A stretch of DNA of 64,000 nucleotides from an uncultured Bifidobacteriaceae bacterium (GCA_964505975.1 CAZDLW010000003.1:2947-66946), one strand, 5' to 3'. Counted from the stretch's first letter, positions 19,480-29,719 are shown. Numbers and translations are program-made. The notes: generated from the letters alone by a model not told the origin.

Positions 19480-20298
19480 ATGCAGGAACTGATTATCGAG
19501 GCCGGTCGGACGGAACGGCAGTACTGGAGGGATCTCTGGCGGTATCGGGAGCTGTTCTACTTCCTGGCGTGGCGCGACATCCTGGTTCGCTACAAGCAGA
19601 CCGTTGTCGGGGCGGCATGGGCCGTCGTACGTCCGTTCCTGACGATGGTGGTCTTGACCATCGTTTTCGGCAGGTTGGCGAACATGCCGTCGGGAGGAGT
19701 GCCGTACCCGATCCTGGTGTTCTGCGGCATGCTGCCGTGGCAGTTCTTTGCGACGGCCCTGGCGGAGTCTGGTAACAGCCTGATCAGCAACGCCGCGCTC
19801 GTCTCGAAGGTCTACTTCCCGCGCATGGCCATTCCGGCGAGCACGCTAGTGACGAGCTTCGTCGACTTTTCCATCTCCGCGGGCATGCTGGTCCTCCTGA
19901 TGATCTGGTACCAGTACATGCCGGGTCCTGAAATACTGCTGCTGCCGTTCTTCGTCCTCGTGGCTCTCGCGGCGGCATTCGGGCTGGGCCTGTGGATCTC
20001 GGCGCTCATGGTCAGGTATCGGGACTTCAAGTACATCGTCCCCTTCATCGTGCAGTTCGGGCTGTACATCTCGCCCGTCGGATTCAGCAGCAGCGTCGTA
20101 CCCGAGCAGTGGCGGCTGCTGTACTCGCTGAACCCGATGGTCGGCGTGATCGACGGATTCCGATGGGCGATCCTCGGCGGAGATGTCGAGCTCTACTGGC
20201 CGGGCTTCGTGTTGTCACTCGCGATTATCGCGTTCGTGCTGGTCGGAGGCGTTCGGTACTTCCGCAGGACGGAACGCACATTCGCCGACGTCATCTGA
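19480..20298 (+). CDS. wzm: Polysaccharide ABC transporter permease
   Basis: RDILVRYKQT..G..WA, LVSKVYFPR, V.YRDF, YSLNPMVGVIDGFR, ERTFADVI; six TMs. Confidence 0.95.
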   Translation: MQELIIEAGRTERQYWRDLWRYRELFYFLAWRDILVRYKQTVVGAAWAVVRPFLTMVVLTIVFGRLANMPSGGVPYPILVFCGMLPWQFFATALAESGNSLISNAALVSKVYFPRMAIPASTLVTSFVDFSISAGMLVLLMIWYQYMPGPEILLLPFFVLVALAAAFGLGLWISALMVRYRDFKYIVPFIVQFGLYISPVGFSSSVVPEQWRLLYSLNPMVGVIDGFRWAILGGDVELYWPGFVLSLAIIAFVLVGGVRYFRRTERTFADVI

Positions 20299-20353
20299 GG
20301 GTCCCTGGTTCAGGCTGCAGGGACGACCGGTGTCCCGTACCGACACAACGGGT

Positions 20354-21670
20354 ATGAGCCAACCTATCATCACCGTCGAGCATCTCTCGAAACGCTACAT
20401 CATCGGCCATCAGGCCAGCCATGGGGATGGCCTGCGTCACGTGCTCGAACAGGCGTTTCGCAGCCCCTGGCGAATGCTGCGTCGAGCGGCGGAGCGTCTA
20501 TCGCAGCAGGAAGAGGAGTTCTGGGCGCTGCGAGACGTGAGCCTCGACATCCAAGCCGGCGAGGTCGTCGGCTTCATCGGCCGGAATGGCGCGGGCAAGT
20601 CCACAGTGCTCAAGATTCTCAGCCGCATCACCGAACCAACGGAAGGTCGAGTCCGTATCCGTGGGCGAACGGCGAGCCTCCTCGAAGTCGGCACCGGGTT
20701 CCACCCCGAGCTGACCGGGCGGGAGAACATCTTCCTGAACGGAGCCGTGCTCGGGATGAGCCGCGCCGAGATCGCGCGCAAGTTCGACGAAATCGTTGCG
20801 TTTGCCGAGGTGGAGCGGTTTCTCGATACGCCGGTGAAGCGCTACAGCAGCGGCATGTACGTGCGGCTGGCGTTTGCCGTTGCCGCTCACCTCGAACCCG
20901 ACATCCTCCTGGTCGACGAGGTGCTGGCGGTCGGTGATGCGGCCTTCCAGAAAAAGTGTCTGGACAAGATGGACGCCGTGGGGCACACGGGCCGCACCGT
21001 CTTGTTCGTCTCTCACAACATGCAGGCGGTGACGCGGCTCTGTCAACGTTGCGTGTTGCTCGACCGCGGTACGGTCAGGCTCGATGGCCCATCGCATCGG
21101 GTGGCCGCCGCGTACCTGAGCTCGGGAGTCGGCACGACAGCGGTTCGTGAATGGCCAGACCTGTCCAGCGCGCCGGGTGACGACGTGGTCCGTCTGTGCG
21201 CCGTGCGCGTGCGATCGGAGGAGGGTGAGCTCATCGACACCGTCGATATCCGCCGGCCCGTCGGCATCGAGCTGGAGTACGAGGTCCTGCAGCCCGGATT
21301 TGTGTTTCATCCCCACTTCGGCCTGCGGAACGAGGATGGGATCCTCTTGTTCGTGGCGCAGGATGTGGACCTGACCTGGCGGGGGCGGCGGCGACCTGCA
21401 GGCCGCTACGTCAGCACCGGATGGATTCCTGGGAACCTCCTCGCGGAGGGACCGATGTCGGTGATGCCCGTGCTGATGACGCTTGGGCCTGAGCATGCGC
21501 ATGCCGTGGTGGAGGATGCGGTGCTGTTCCGAGTCGTCGACTGTCTGCCCGCGACGGATACCTCGCGCGGCGACTACCCACGGCCTATTCCGGGGGTGAT
21601 GAGGCCGCTCCTGAAGTGGACCACGACTCGTGTACCGAAAGATCAGGCGGCTGGTGTGCTGATTCCGTGA
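20354..21670 (+). CDS. wzt: Polysaccharide ABC transporter ATPase with C-terminal carbohydrate-binding domain
   Basis: FWALRDVS, GRNGAGKST, GFHPELTGRENI, YSSGMYVRLAF, LLVDEVLAVGD, about 170-aa C-terminal extension. Confidence 0.95.
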   Translation: MSQPIITVEHLSKRYIIGHQASHGDGLRHVLEQAFRSPWRMLRRAAERLSQQEEEFWALRDVSLDIQAGEVVGFIGRNGAGKSTVLKILSRITEPTEGRVRIRGRTASLLEVGTGFHPELTGRENIFLNGAVLGMSRAEIARKFDEIVAFAEVERFLDTPVKRYSSGMYVRLAFAVAAHLEPDILLVDEVLAVGDAAFQKKCLDKMDAVGHTGRTVLFVSHNMQAVTRLCQRCVLLDRGTVRLDGPSHRVAAAYLSSGVGTTAVREWPDLSSAPGDDVVRLCAVRVRSEEGELIDTVDIRRPVGIELEYEVLQPGFVFHPHFGLRNEDGILLFVAQDVDLTWRGRRRPAGRYVSTGWIPGNLLAEGPMSVMPVLMTLGPEHAHAVVEDAVLFRVVDCLPATDTSRGDYPRPIPGVMRPLLKWTTTRVPKDQAAGVLIP

Positions 21671-23025
21671 GGCTGCCGGGAGCATTCGAGATAACGTCTC
21701 ACCGTACCGCGGCCGCGGTGGGCGTGACCGTTGCGGCCGCCAGGTCCTCCTGGCGCGTGCTGGTTCGAGTGGCGACCTGGACGGCCGGGCTCGCGCTGCT
21801 GCTGGTGCTGGTGCAGCAGCTGATCCTGCCGCGGTTGCCGGCGCGTGGTTTTGCGAACGGGAGCTTCGAAGCGGGTTATCTCGGCTGGAACGTCGGCGGT
21901 CACCAGCACCTTGCCGCGGATCATCCGACGTACCCCGCGAGCGACGGGTCTACCGTCGTGGTGTTCGACCACCCTGGCAACCTGCCCAGTCAGGCGGTGC
22001 TCTCCCGGACGGTCGCAACAGTTCCAGGTCAGCGCTATGGCCTCTCGTTCGACCTGGGCACCGTGGGACGCACTGCGGATCAAGCGATACGAGTCTCGGT
22101 GGCGGGCAACCGCCTTCTCATGAACAGTGTGTTCGTGGTCGCCAGCGCCGACGGGACACCGCCCTACACCACGCACCACGTCAGCTTCGTTGCCGATGCC
22201 GCCCGGACGACTCTGACGTTCGCGGACGTGTCGTCCAACTACTGGTTCATCGATGCGCTGCTCGACAACGTTCGGCTGGGGATCGAGCACCCCGACGCAC
22301 CGCTCGTGATACGACCGCCTCGACGGACCGCCGTCGCTGACGGCGCCGAGGCAACGTTCACCGTGGAGGCGTCCGGACCGGGACCCTCGAGATATCAGTG
22401 GCGTGTGGACGGGACCGACATCCCCGGCGCGAACGGCCAGACCTACACGATCGCCGGAGCCGACGGCAGTCACGCGGGGAGCTACAGCGTCGTGGTGTCG
22501 AATGCCGCGGGCACGGTGACCAGTTCGTCGGCGCGGCTGAGCGTGCTACCGCGCGCCATCCTTCTCAACGGCAGCTTCGAGCACGGATCGGCGGCATGGA
22601 CGTTCAGCAATGACAGCGTGGCGGTGTCGACGAATACGACGTATGGCGTGACCGACGGAGCTCAGCTCGTGCACTTCAACTGGGGCCAGCAGGAGCCGAA
22701 CGGCTCGGTGTCCCAGGCGTTCGCGACGGTTCCGGGGCAGGAGTACGTGCTCGCGTTCGATGTGGGCGCTTTCTCGCTGCTGAATCAGTACGAGCAGCGC
22801 CTGCACGTGACAGTGGAAGGAGAAGGGATGCTGTTATCGGCGCGCGTGTCGGTGTTCGCGCCGGGCAATGGATGGACCTACCGTCCCCAGACCTTCACAT
22901 TCGTTGCGGACGACACGGCGGCAGTGCTCACGTTCCGGGATGCATCACCGACAACGGAGAACGTCGATCTCCTGTTGGACAACGTCCGCGTGATGGAGGG
23001 CCGACACCGAGCGGCCTCGGAGTGA
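21667..23025 (+). CDS. Membrane-anchored DUF642(CBM-like)-Ig-DUF642 protein
   Basis: GTGA overlap with the wzt stop; N-terminal TM; two repeats NGSFE...ATVPGQ.Y.L.FD.G...FVAD....LTF.D...LLDNVR flanking an Ig domain (YQW..DG..IPGA...YSVVVSNAAG). Confidence 0.75.
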   Translation: MRLPGAFEITSHRTAAAVGVTVAAARSSWRVLVRVATWTAGLALLLVLVQQLILPRLPARGFANGSFEAGYLGWNVGGHQHLAADHPTYPASDGSTVVVFDHPGNLPSQAVLSRTVATVPGQRYGLSFDLGTVGRTADQAIRVSVAGNRLLMNSVFVVASADGTPPYTTHHVSFVADAARTTLTFADVSSNYWFIDALLDNVRLGIEHPDAPLVIRPPRRTAVADGAEATFTVEASGPGPSRYQWRVDGTDIPGANGQTYTIAGADGSHAGSYSVVVSNAAGTVTSSSARLSVLPRAILLNGSFEHGSAAWTFSNDSVAVSTNTTYGVTDGAQLVHFNWGQQEPNGSVSQAFATVPGQEYVLAFDVGAFSLLNQYEQRLHVTVEGEGMLLSARVSVFAPGNGWTYRPQTFTFVADDTAAVLTFRDASPTTENVDLLLDNVRVMEGRHRAASE

Positions 23026-23283
23026 CAGTCGCTCCAGACAGAGCACGAACGGTTCGGGTGTGTGTTGTAGGAATCCTTCCGGCGTCTCCCGACGGAATGT
23101 ACTCGTCGCGTCAACGACCGTGGCGTGTGCGATCTGTTGGGGCGACCCGCCATGCACCCTTCATGTCAGGAGTTGTCGTTCGTTCGTAGCGGAGAGGGCG
23201 TGTGTGAGATCGGATGTGGCTCGGGCCCGCTGGCGGATCTCGCGATCCCACGGCCGTAGAGTCCGAGGGAGGCGCAGGTTCTG

Positions 23284-26074
23284 ATGGTGGCTGACTTTCC
23301 CGATGAGGAGACCGAGGGGTCCATCCCAGACAGGTTCGAGCGGATGGCGCGCCGGTATCCGGAGCGGGTCGCCCTCGAGGGGCGCGTCCGGCCGCTGACG
23401 TACCGGGAACTGAATGCAGCGGCCAATCGTGTCTCACGAGCGATCCTCGCCCGCCGGGGAACGGCTCCTGAACCCGTCGCGCTGCTGTTCGAGCAGGGCA
23501 CCGACGCTATCGTCGCGATGCTCGGTACGTTGAAGGCGGGAAAATTCTACGTGCCGCTCGATCCCGTTCATCCTGCCGCGAGAAACGCTCATATCCTGGA
23601 CGAGACGGAGGCGGTCCTCGTCGCCATGCACGAGAGGACGTGCGAGCGCGCCAGCCAGATCCGTCCGGGACTCGACGTGCTGGATATCAACCAGCTCGAG
23701 TCTGGAATCTCCTCCGAAGACGTGGGACTTCGGATCGCTCCGGATGACCTCGCGTACGTGGCCTACACGTCGGGGTCCACCGGTGGCCCGAAGGGCGTGA
23801 TGCAGACCCATCGCAACGTCCTTCACAAGACCAGGACACATACCCGCAGCGCCGGAATCTGCGCTGACGATCGTGTAGCCCTTCTCTATTCTCACGCGTC
23901 GAGTGGTTCCGTGCGCGACATTTTCGGCGCCCTTCTCAACGGGGCCGCACTGTGTCCCTTCGATGTCAACACGGAGGGCTTCGGTGGACTGGCTCGGTGG
24001 CTCGCTGAGCAGGAGATCTCCGTGTACAACTCCGCAGCCACCCTCTTTCGGCACTTCGCGAACAGTCTGACGGGGCGGGAATCGTTTCCGCACCTGAGGC
24101 TGATTCATGTTGGCAGCGAGACCATCTACAAGAGCGACGCAGAGCTCTTCAGGAAGCACTTTGGGTCGGACTGTGTGTTCGTGGCGCGCCTGGGCTCGAC
24201 CGAGTTCAGCCCCATCCGGGAATACTCCATCCGGAGCGACACTCGAATCACGGGAAACACCGTACCGGCGGGCTATGCAGCCGAGGGTGCCGACGTGCTC
24301 CTGCTCGACGAGACCGGTGCCGAGGTTCGTGTGAACGAAATCGGAGAGATAGCGGTGAGGAGCCGCTACCTGTTCCCCGGATATTGGCGGCGTCCCGACC
24401 TGACGCGATTGGCACTTGTCCAGGATCCGCAGAGTCCGCATCTGCGAATCTACAAGACAGGGGATCTCGGCCGCATGGGGCCCGATGGCTGCCTCGAGCA
24501 TCTGGGGCGCAAGGACTTTCAGGTGAAGGTCCGCGGGTATCGCGTAGAAGTGCTCGAGATCGAGACGGTGCTCCGCAGCCTGGACTCGGTTCGCGAGGCG
24601 GCGGTTGTGGCAACGGAGGCGACATCTGGAGAACCACGCCTCGTTGCGTTCATCGTCGCCGCTCCGGCGGTGGCGGTGACGGCCGCCGATCTGGCGTCTC
24701 GTCTGCGCGAGATGCTGCCGGAGCACATGATCCCCCGGGCGTTCGCGTTCGTGGATTCCCTGCCGCTGACGGCAACGGGAAAGATTGATCGTCGCGCCCT
24801 CCTGGCCCTGGCGCCGATGGACGGTGGGGCCGCGTCGTCTGTGGCACCGCGGAACGCATTGGAAGCGCGGCTTGCCTCCATCTGGCAGACGGTGCTGAAC
24901 ACGCCGAAAGTCGGGATGACGGACAATGTGTTCGCGCTCGGGGCCACGTCGCTGGCCTGCCTCCGTGTCGTCAGCCAGATCGAGAAGGCGCTCGGTATCA
25001 GAGTGCCTGTGAGCACGCTCTTTCAGGCGCCTACGATTGCGGAGCTGGCGACGCTGATTGGCGATGCGGCTGCCGGCCGCGGACTATTCGCTGCGCGCGC
25101 TCCGGACCGTGGGCACCAAACCTCCATTCTTCTGGATTCACGGAGAGCTGAGCGACGCGTGGCTCCCCCTGTACCTGGATCAGGATCAGCCGCTTTACGG
25201 CATCGTCCATCAAGGTGAAGACGGAAGTCCGGCCCGCTACACGACGGTCGAGGCCATGGCGGCACACCATCTCGACCTGATGCGCCGCCTTCAGGCCGAT
25301 GGTCCGTACTATCTGGGGGGGTACTGTTTCGGGGGGTTGATTGCATTCGAGATGGCACACCACCTGAAAGCCAGTGGAGCGGAGGTGGGGCTGCTGATGG
25401 TGCTGGAACCCAGCCCGCTGGAGCGGTGTGGCGTATCGTCACTGTTGCCCTTGCCTAGCGACGCTCGCCCCAGATCGATCTGTGAACGAACCTCGCGCCA
25501 CGCCCAGGCGTTGAAGACGCTGAAGTCGTCACAGCGGCTCGCGTATGTCGCTCGGGGCGTGCAGGGCAAGGTGTCGGCCTGGCTGTCGCCGTTACGGGGA
25601 GCTGGCAAGAACGCGCTCTGCCGGACGTACCACTGGCTGCGTATTCCCCTGCCGCGTTCGCTTCGAAGCTTCTACATCCTGGGAGTGTACCGGCGCGCGA
25701 GGGCCCATTACGCGCTGCGGACGTATCCGGGACCGGTCACGCTGTTCGTGGCGGCGGACTCCCCGCACAACAGACCGAGCTGGGAAGGGCTGGCTACCGG
25801 GGCGATCGACATCTACAACGTGCCGGGAGATCACCACTCCGTGCTGAGGGACCCGCACTCCGTGCGGGCGTGGGCCGGGATCCTTCAGAGATGCCTCGAC
25901 AGTGCACGGAGACGCCAGGCGGCAGATTCGTCAGCGTGCGTCCCCTCTGCGGCCGACGAGCAGCGTATCGACGAGGTGGTGACGAGGAGGCCCGCGATCG
26001 AGGCGGTGTCGGCGGGTGAATCCTGTGCAGCTGCCGGTAGTGTCCTTCCTTCATCCGATCCGGGGCATCGCTGA
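23284..26074 (+). pseudogene. NRPS-like adenylation-PCP-thioesterase enzyme split by a frameshift near 25060-25090 (real lesion or assembly error)
   Basis: A-domain motifs LTYREL, YTSGSTGGPKG, YKTGDL, GRKDFQVKVRGYRVE, TGKIDR and the PCP (FALGATSL) are in ORF 23284-25218. The TE (PPFFWIHG, GPYYLGGYCFGG, VPGDH) is in the +1 frame ORF 25058-26074. Confidence 0.8.
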
Positions 26075-26158
26075 ATAGAGCGCCCGAGCGCCGGCCCGGC
26101 TCTCCTGAGCGCCGTAGGCAATCGGGAGCATGGTGCGGTTGCTGACGTCACACATGTC

Positions 26159-28015
26159 ATGACGGTACACGTTCTTGGAATCTCGGCCTTCTATCACGAC
26201 TCGGCCGCGGCGATCCTGCGCGATGGCGAGATCGTGGCCGCCGCACAGGAGGAGCGCTTCACACGACAGAAGCACGACGCGCGATATCCGGAACATGCCA
26301 TCGCGTTCTGTCTGGAGGCGGCGGGAGTGACCGCAGCCGACCTCGACGCCGTCGCCTTCTACGAGCGGCCGGTGGTGAAGCGCGAACGCTTGCTGGAGAC
26401 GTATCTGGCGTGGGCCCCGAAAGGGTTCGAGCTGTTTCGCGAGTCGATGCCGAGATGGGCGCAGCACACGCTCGACGTGCCGGACCGGATACGGGCCGGA
26501 TTGCCCGGGTTTGGCGGCCGCGTCCATTGTGCCGATCACCACGAGTCCCACGCTGCCAGCGCGTTCTTTCCGGCGCCGTTCGACGAAGCGGCGATTCTGA
26601 CCCTTGACGCCGTGGGCGAGTGGAGCACCAGCGCGATTGGCGTGGGCCGCGGATCGCGGATCGCCCTCACTCACGAACAACGGTTCCCGCATTCGCTCGG
26701 CTTGCTGTATTCCGCGTTCACGTACTACGCGGGGTTCCGCGTCAATTCCGGCGAATACAAGCTCATGGGGTTGGCGCCGTACGGGCAGCCCCGCTACGTG
26801 GATGTGATCTTGAAGCGGCTCGCGACACTGGCAGAGGACGGCTCGCTCGCGCTGGATATGCGGTACTTCGACTACGCCGCAGGCCTCACGATGACGTCGC
26901 CGTCGTTCGAGGAGCTGTTCGGCGGCCCGGCGCGTGAGCCGGAAGCGTTGATCACGCAGAAGGAGATGGATCTGGCCGCGTCGGTGCAGGTCGTGTGCGA
27001 AGAGGCGATGCTGCGTGCGGCCCGTCACGTGCATGCCCTGACCGGGTTGCCAGACCTCGTGATGGCCGGCGGTGTTGCGCTGAACTGCGTGGCAAACGGC
27101 CGCCTGCTCCGTGAGGGGCCCTTCGAGCGGATCTGGATTCAGCCGGCGGCCGGCGACGCCGGGGGAGCGCTTGGGGCTGCGCTGCTCGTCTGGCACCATC
27201 ACATGGGCCGGTCCAGGCAGCCGCAGTGTGGGGATGCGCAGAAGGGATCGCTGCTCGGACCGATGTTCCCCAACGACGACATCGGGCTGTTTCTCGACGC
27301 CATGGGGGCCACGTACGATCGCGTGGAGGACGAGACGGAGCTGCTGGATCGTGTCTCGCGCCTCATCGCGGATGAGAAGGTCGTCGGGTGGTTCCAGGGG
27401 CCGATGGAGTTCGGCCCCCGCGCGCTGGGCTGCCGCAGCATCATCGGTGATCCGCGCTCGCCGCGGATGCAACAGAAGATGAACGTCGCCATCAAGTTTC
27501 GCGAATCCTTTCGCCCGTTTGCGCCCTGTGTGCTGCGCGAGCATGCCGACGAGTACTTCGAGATGCGGGCTGGCGAGGAGAGCCCGTACATGCTCTTTGT
27601 CGCACCGGTGCGGCCAGAGCACCGGACGCCAATGAGCGAGGCGGATCGACAGAAGATGGCGGACCCGGATCTCAGGATTCGGCTGTCGGTTCCGCGATCG
27701 ACGCTGCCGGCCATCACGCACGTCGACTACTCGGCGCGAGTGCAGACCGTCGATGCTGGGCGTCACGGTCGCTTCTATCGGCTGATGCAGCGATTCCATG
27801 CGCTGACCGGTTGCCCGGTCGTCGTCAATACCAGCTTCAACATTCGCGGGGAGCCGATCGTGTGCACGCCCGAGGACGCGTATCGCTGTTTCATGGCGAC
27901 CGATATGGACTGTCTCGTGCTGGAAGATCACATCCTATTGAAGGCGGATCAGGTGTTCAGCCTTCTGCCCGACATGGACGGCTATCGCAAGCGGTACTCG
28001 AGTGCCCTCGATTAG
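26159..28015 (+). CDS. O-carbamoyltransferase (NodU/CmcH/SxtI family), canonical
   Basis: GISAFYHDSAA, QEERFTR.KHD, HHESHAAS, LTLDAVGE, GEYKLMGLAPYG, GGVALNC, GDAGG, IKFRESFRPFAP, THVDYSARVQTV, NTSFN. Confidence 0.95.
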   Translation: MTVHVLGISAFYHDSAAAILRDGEIVAAAQEERFTRQKHDARYPEHAIAFCLEAAGVTAADLDAVAFYERPVVKRERLLETYLAWAPKGFELFRESMPRWAQHTLDVPDRIRAGLPGFGGRVHCADHHESHAASAFFPAPFDEAAILTLDAVGEWSTSAIGVGRGSRIALTHEQRFPHSLGLLYSAFTYYAGFRVNSGEYKLMGLAPYGQPRYVDVILKRLATLAEDGSLALDMRYFDYAAGLTMTSPSFEELFGGPAREPEALITQKEMDLAASVQVVCEEAMLRAARHVHALTGLPDLVMAGGVALNCVANGRLLREGPFERIWIQPAAGDAGGALGAALLVWHHHMGRSRQPQCGDAQKGSLLGPMFPNDDIGLFLDAMGATYDRVEDETELLDRVSRLIADEKVVGWFQGPMEFGPRALGCRSIIGDPRSPRMQQKMNVAIKFRESFRPFAPCVLREHADEYFEMRAGEESPYMLFVAPVRPEHRTPMSEADRQKMADPDLRIRLSVPRSTLPAITHVDYSARVQTVDAGRHGRFYRLMQRFHALTGCPVVVNTSFNIRGEPIVCTPEDAYRCFMATDMDCLVLEDHILLKADQVFSLLPDMDGYRKRYSSALD

Positions 28016-28568
28016 GCCGCTGTCGCCGCTGGTGCTGTCTCTGCGCCGAGCGGATACCATCGCGTTCTGGCTGCTGGGCACGACTCTCGTGTGCGTATCG
28101 CTCGGGCTCGTTGCGGCCGTATGGGGCGCGCAGTCCCCCTGGTTGTGGGGAGCGGGTGGAGTCAGCGTGCTGGTGCCGGGGCTCGTCTGGGAGCCCTGGT
28201 TCGAGACCGGCGTCAAGGCCTGGAACAAAGGAGCGCGTCTGGTCGCATCCGCCCTCCGCACCTACGTCCTGATGGTGTGTTACTACGTGCTGGTCGGCGC
28301 TGTCAGCCGAGCCGGGGCGTCGAGACATGTGGCGCCCGAGCCGGCCCCAGTCGCCTCCCGGTGGGCCGCTCGACGGGGACGCGACAGCCGTGAGGATGGG
28401 GCGTTGCCGTCCATGGAAGAACGGTGGCGGCAGGAGCTCAACGCCTCCGCGCAGCGGCCGGGACAGGGCTGGGTCCTGTGCCTGTTTCCGTGCGTGTTCC
28501 TGTTGCGTCTCCTGGGTGAGGAAGGCCACGACGGCGTGCCGCCGTCGAGTACGTACACGCTCTATTAG
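28002..28568 (+). CDS. Membrane protein, SxtJ-like with SxtK(DUF5989)-like C-terminus
   Basis: TM helices, KAWNK...LRTYVLMVCYY segment, C-terminus PPSSTYTLY; overlaps the carbamoyltransferase stop. Confidence 0.55.
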   Translation: MPSIRPLSPLVLSLRRADTIAFWLLGTTLVCVSLGLVAAVWGAQSPWLWGAGGVSVLVPGLVWEPWFETGVKAWNKGARLVASALRTYVLMVCYYVLVGAVSRAGASRHVAPEPAPVASRWAARRGRDSREDGALPSMEERWRQELNASAQRPGQGWVLCLFPCVFLLRLLGEEGHDGVPPSSTYTLY

Positions 28569-28585
28569 CCGAGAGGAGGTCGAGT

Positions 28586-29719
28586 CTGTCGAGTTCCCTG
28601 ACGCGTGCACTGCTTGCTGCTGTCGCGTTCGTTCCGGCAGTCGTGCTGCTCCTGCCGGCGTTGGCCGCGGCCCTCGCACTCTTTCTGTTCGCGGCGTGCG
28701 TGCGCACCCTCGGGCGCTTGCTCGAGCCGCGCTTCGTCTCGTGGACGGAGCTCATCGCGTTCGACCAGAAGCTGGGGTGGAAGCCTCGGCCCGCGCTGGA
28801 CACGCATTATCTGGCCGATTACGACGACGTCTTCCGCATCGTGACCGATCGGGAGGGGTGGCCGGGACGCCGCTCCATCGAGGAGAGCCCGGTGGTGGTT
28901 ATCGGGGATTCGTTCGCATTCGGGTACGGGATGGATACGCCCCGATCGTTCGCGGAGCTCTGTCAGGTGTCCGTGAAGGCCGTCGGCGCACCCGGCTACA
29001 GCATGGTCCATGGCGTACGCCTGATGGAGGAATTCGGATCCCGCCTGTCCGGGAAGCTCGTCGTCTGGTTCGTGTACCTGGAGAACGATCTCCAGGACAA
29101 CCTGGCGCCGGAGATGCGAGGGTACCGCACACCGTTCGTCAGACCGGCCCCTCGGGGCGGGTGGGAGATTGTCGACGATCACGTCTCACCCGCCACATGG
29201 CATTCCTCTCGCCTCGATAGGCGACGGCTCTTTCCGACATTCTGTGTCCCGGGTCCTTTGGCCGATCGGGCGTATGCGGCCAGCGACTACCTGATTTGTC
29301 GCGCGCACACAGCGTGCCACGGGGCCGGGGCCCATCTGGTGCTCGTGACCGTTCCGCATCCGATACAGCTGACCGCACCCGGTCGGGTGCGGCTGGCCGC
29401 CCTCAGCGGTAGTCCGGCGTCGTGCGACGCGACGCTGCCGGATCGCCGGATCGCCGAAAGTTGTCAATCGCGTGGTATTCCAATGGTGCCAGGTGCGGCC
29501 CGCCTGTCGTTCCGCCACTACAAGCGGCGTGAGGGCATTCACTGGAACGCACGGGGCCATCGCCGCATGGCGACGTTGCTCGATGAGCTGTACGGCAGCT
29601 TCACGTCGGGCACCCTGACCGCGCTCGTCCCCCACAGTGCTGCCGAACCTGCCTCGGTGTATGCCAGTGCAGACTGCAAGGGAGCGGCGGGCCCTCCCTC
29701 GCCCCTCTACCGGACGTGA
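28586..29719 (+). CDS. SGNH/GDSL-like hydrolase or acyltransferase, membrane-anchored; probable CTG start
   Basis: D..LGW, VVVIGDSFAFG, GAPGYS, ENDLQDN, EGIHWNARGH; AGGAGGT 5 nt before the in-frame CTG at 28586 (next conventional start is the GTG at 28643). Confidence 0.75.
   Translation: MSSSLTRALLAAVAFVPAVVLLLPALAAALALFLFAACVRTLGRLLEPRFVSWTELIAFDQKLGWKPRPALDTHYLADYDDVFRIVTDREGWPGRRSIEESPVVVIGDSFAFGYGMDTPRSFAELCQVSVKAVGAPGYSMVHGVRLMEEFGSRLSGKLVVWFVYLENDLQDNLAPEMRGYRTPFVRPAPRGGWEIVDDHVSPATWHSSRLDRRRLFPTFCVPGPLADRAYAASDYLICRAHTACHGAGAHLVLVTVPHPIQLTAPGRVRLAALSGSPASCDATLPDRRIAESCQSRGIPMVPGAARLSFRHYKRREGIHWNARGHRRMATLLDELYGSFTSGTLTALVPHSAAEPASVYASADCKGAAGPPSPLYRT

Noticed and set aside
26051-27931. 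626-aa minus-strand ORF
   Set aside because: Antisense shadow of the canonical carbamoyltransferase.
26159-29719. Saxitoxin biosynthesis
   Set aside because: Only an sxtIJKL-like arrangement is present; no sxtA/G/B-like core genes, and the context is polysaccharide synthesis.
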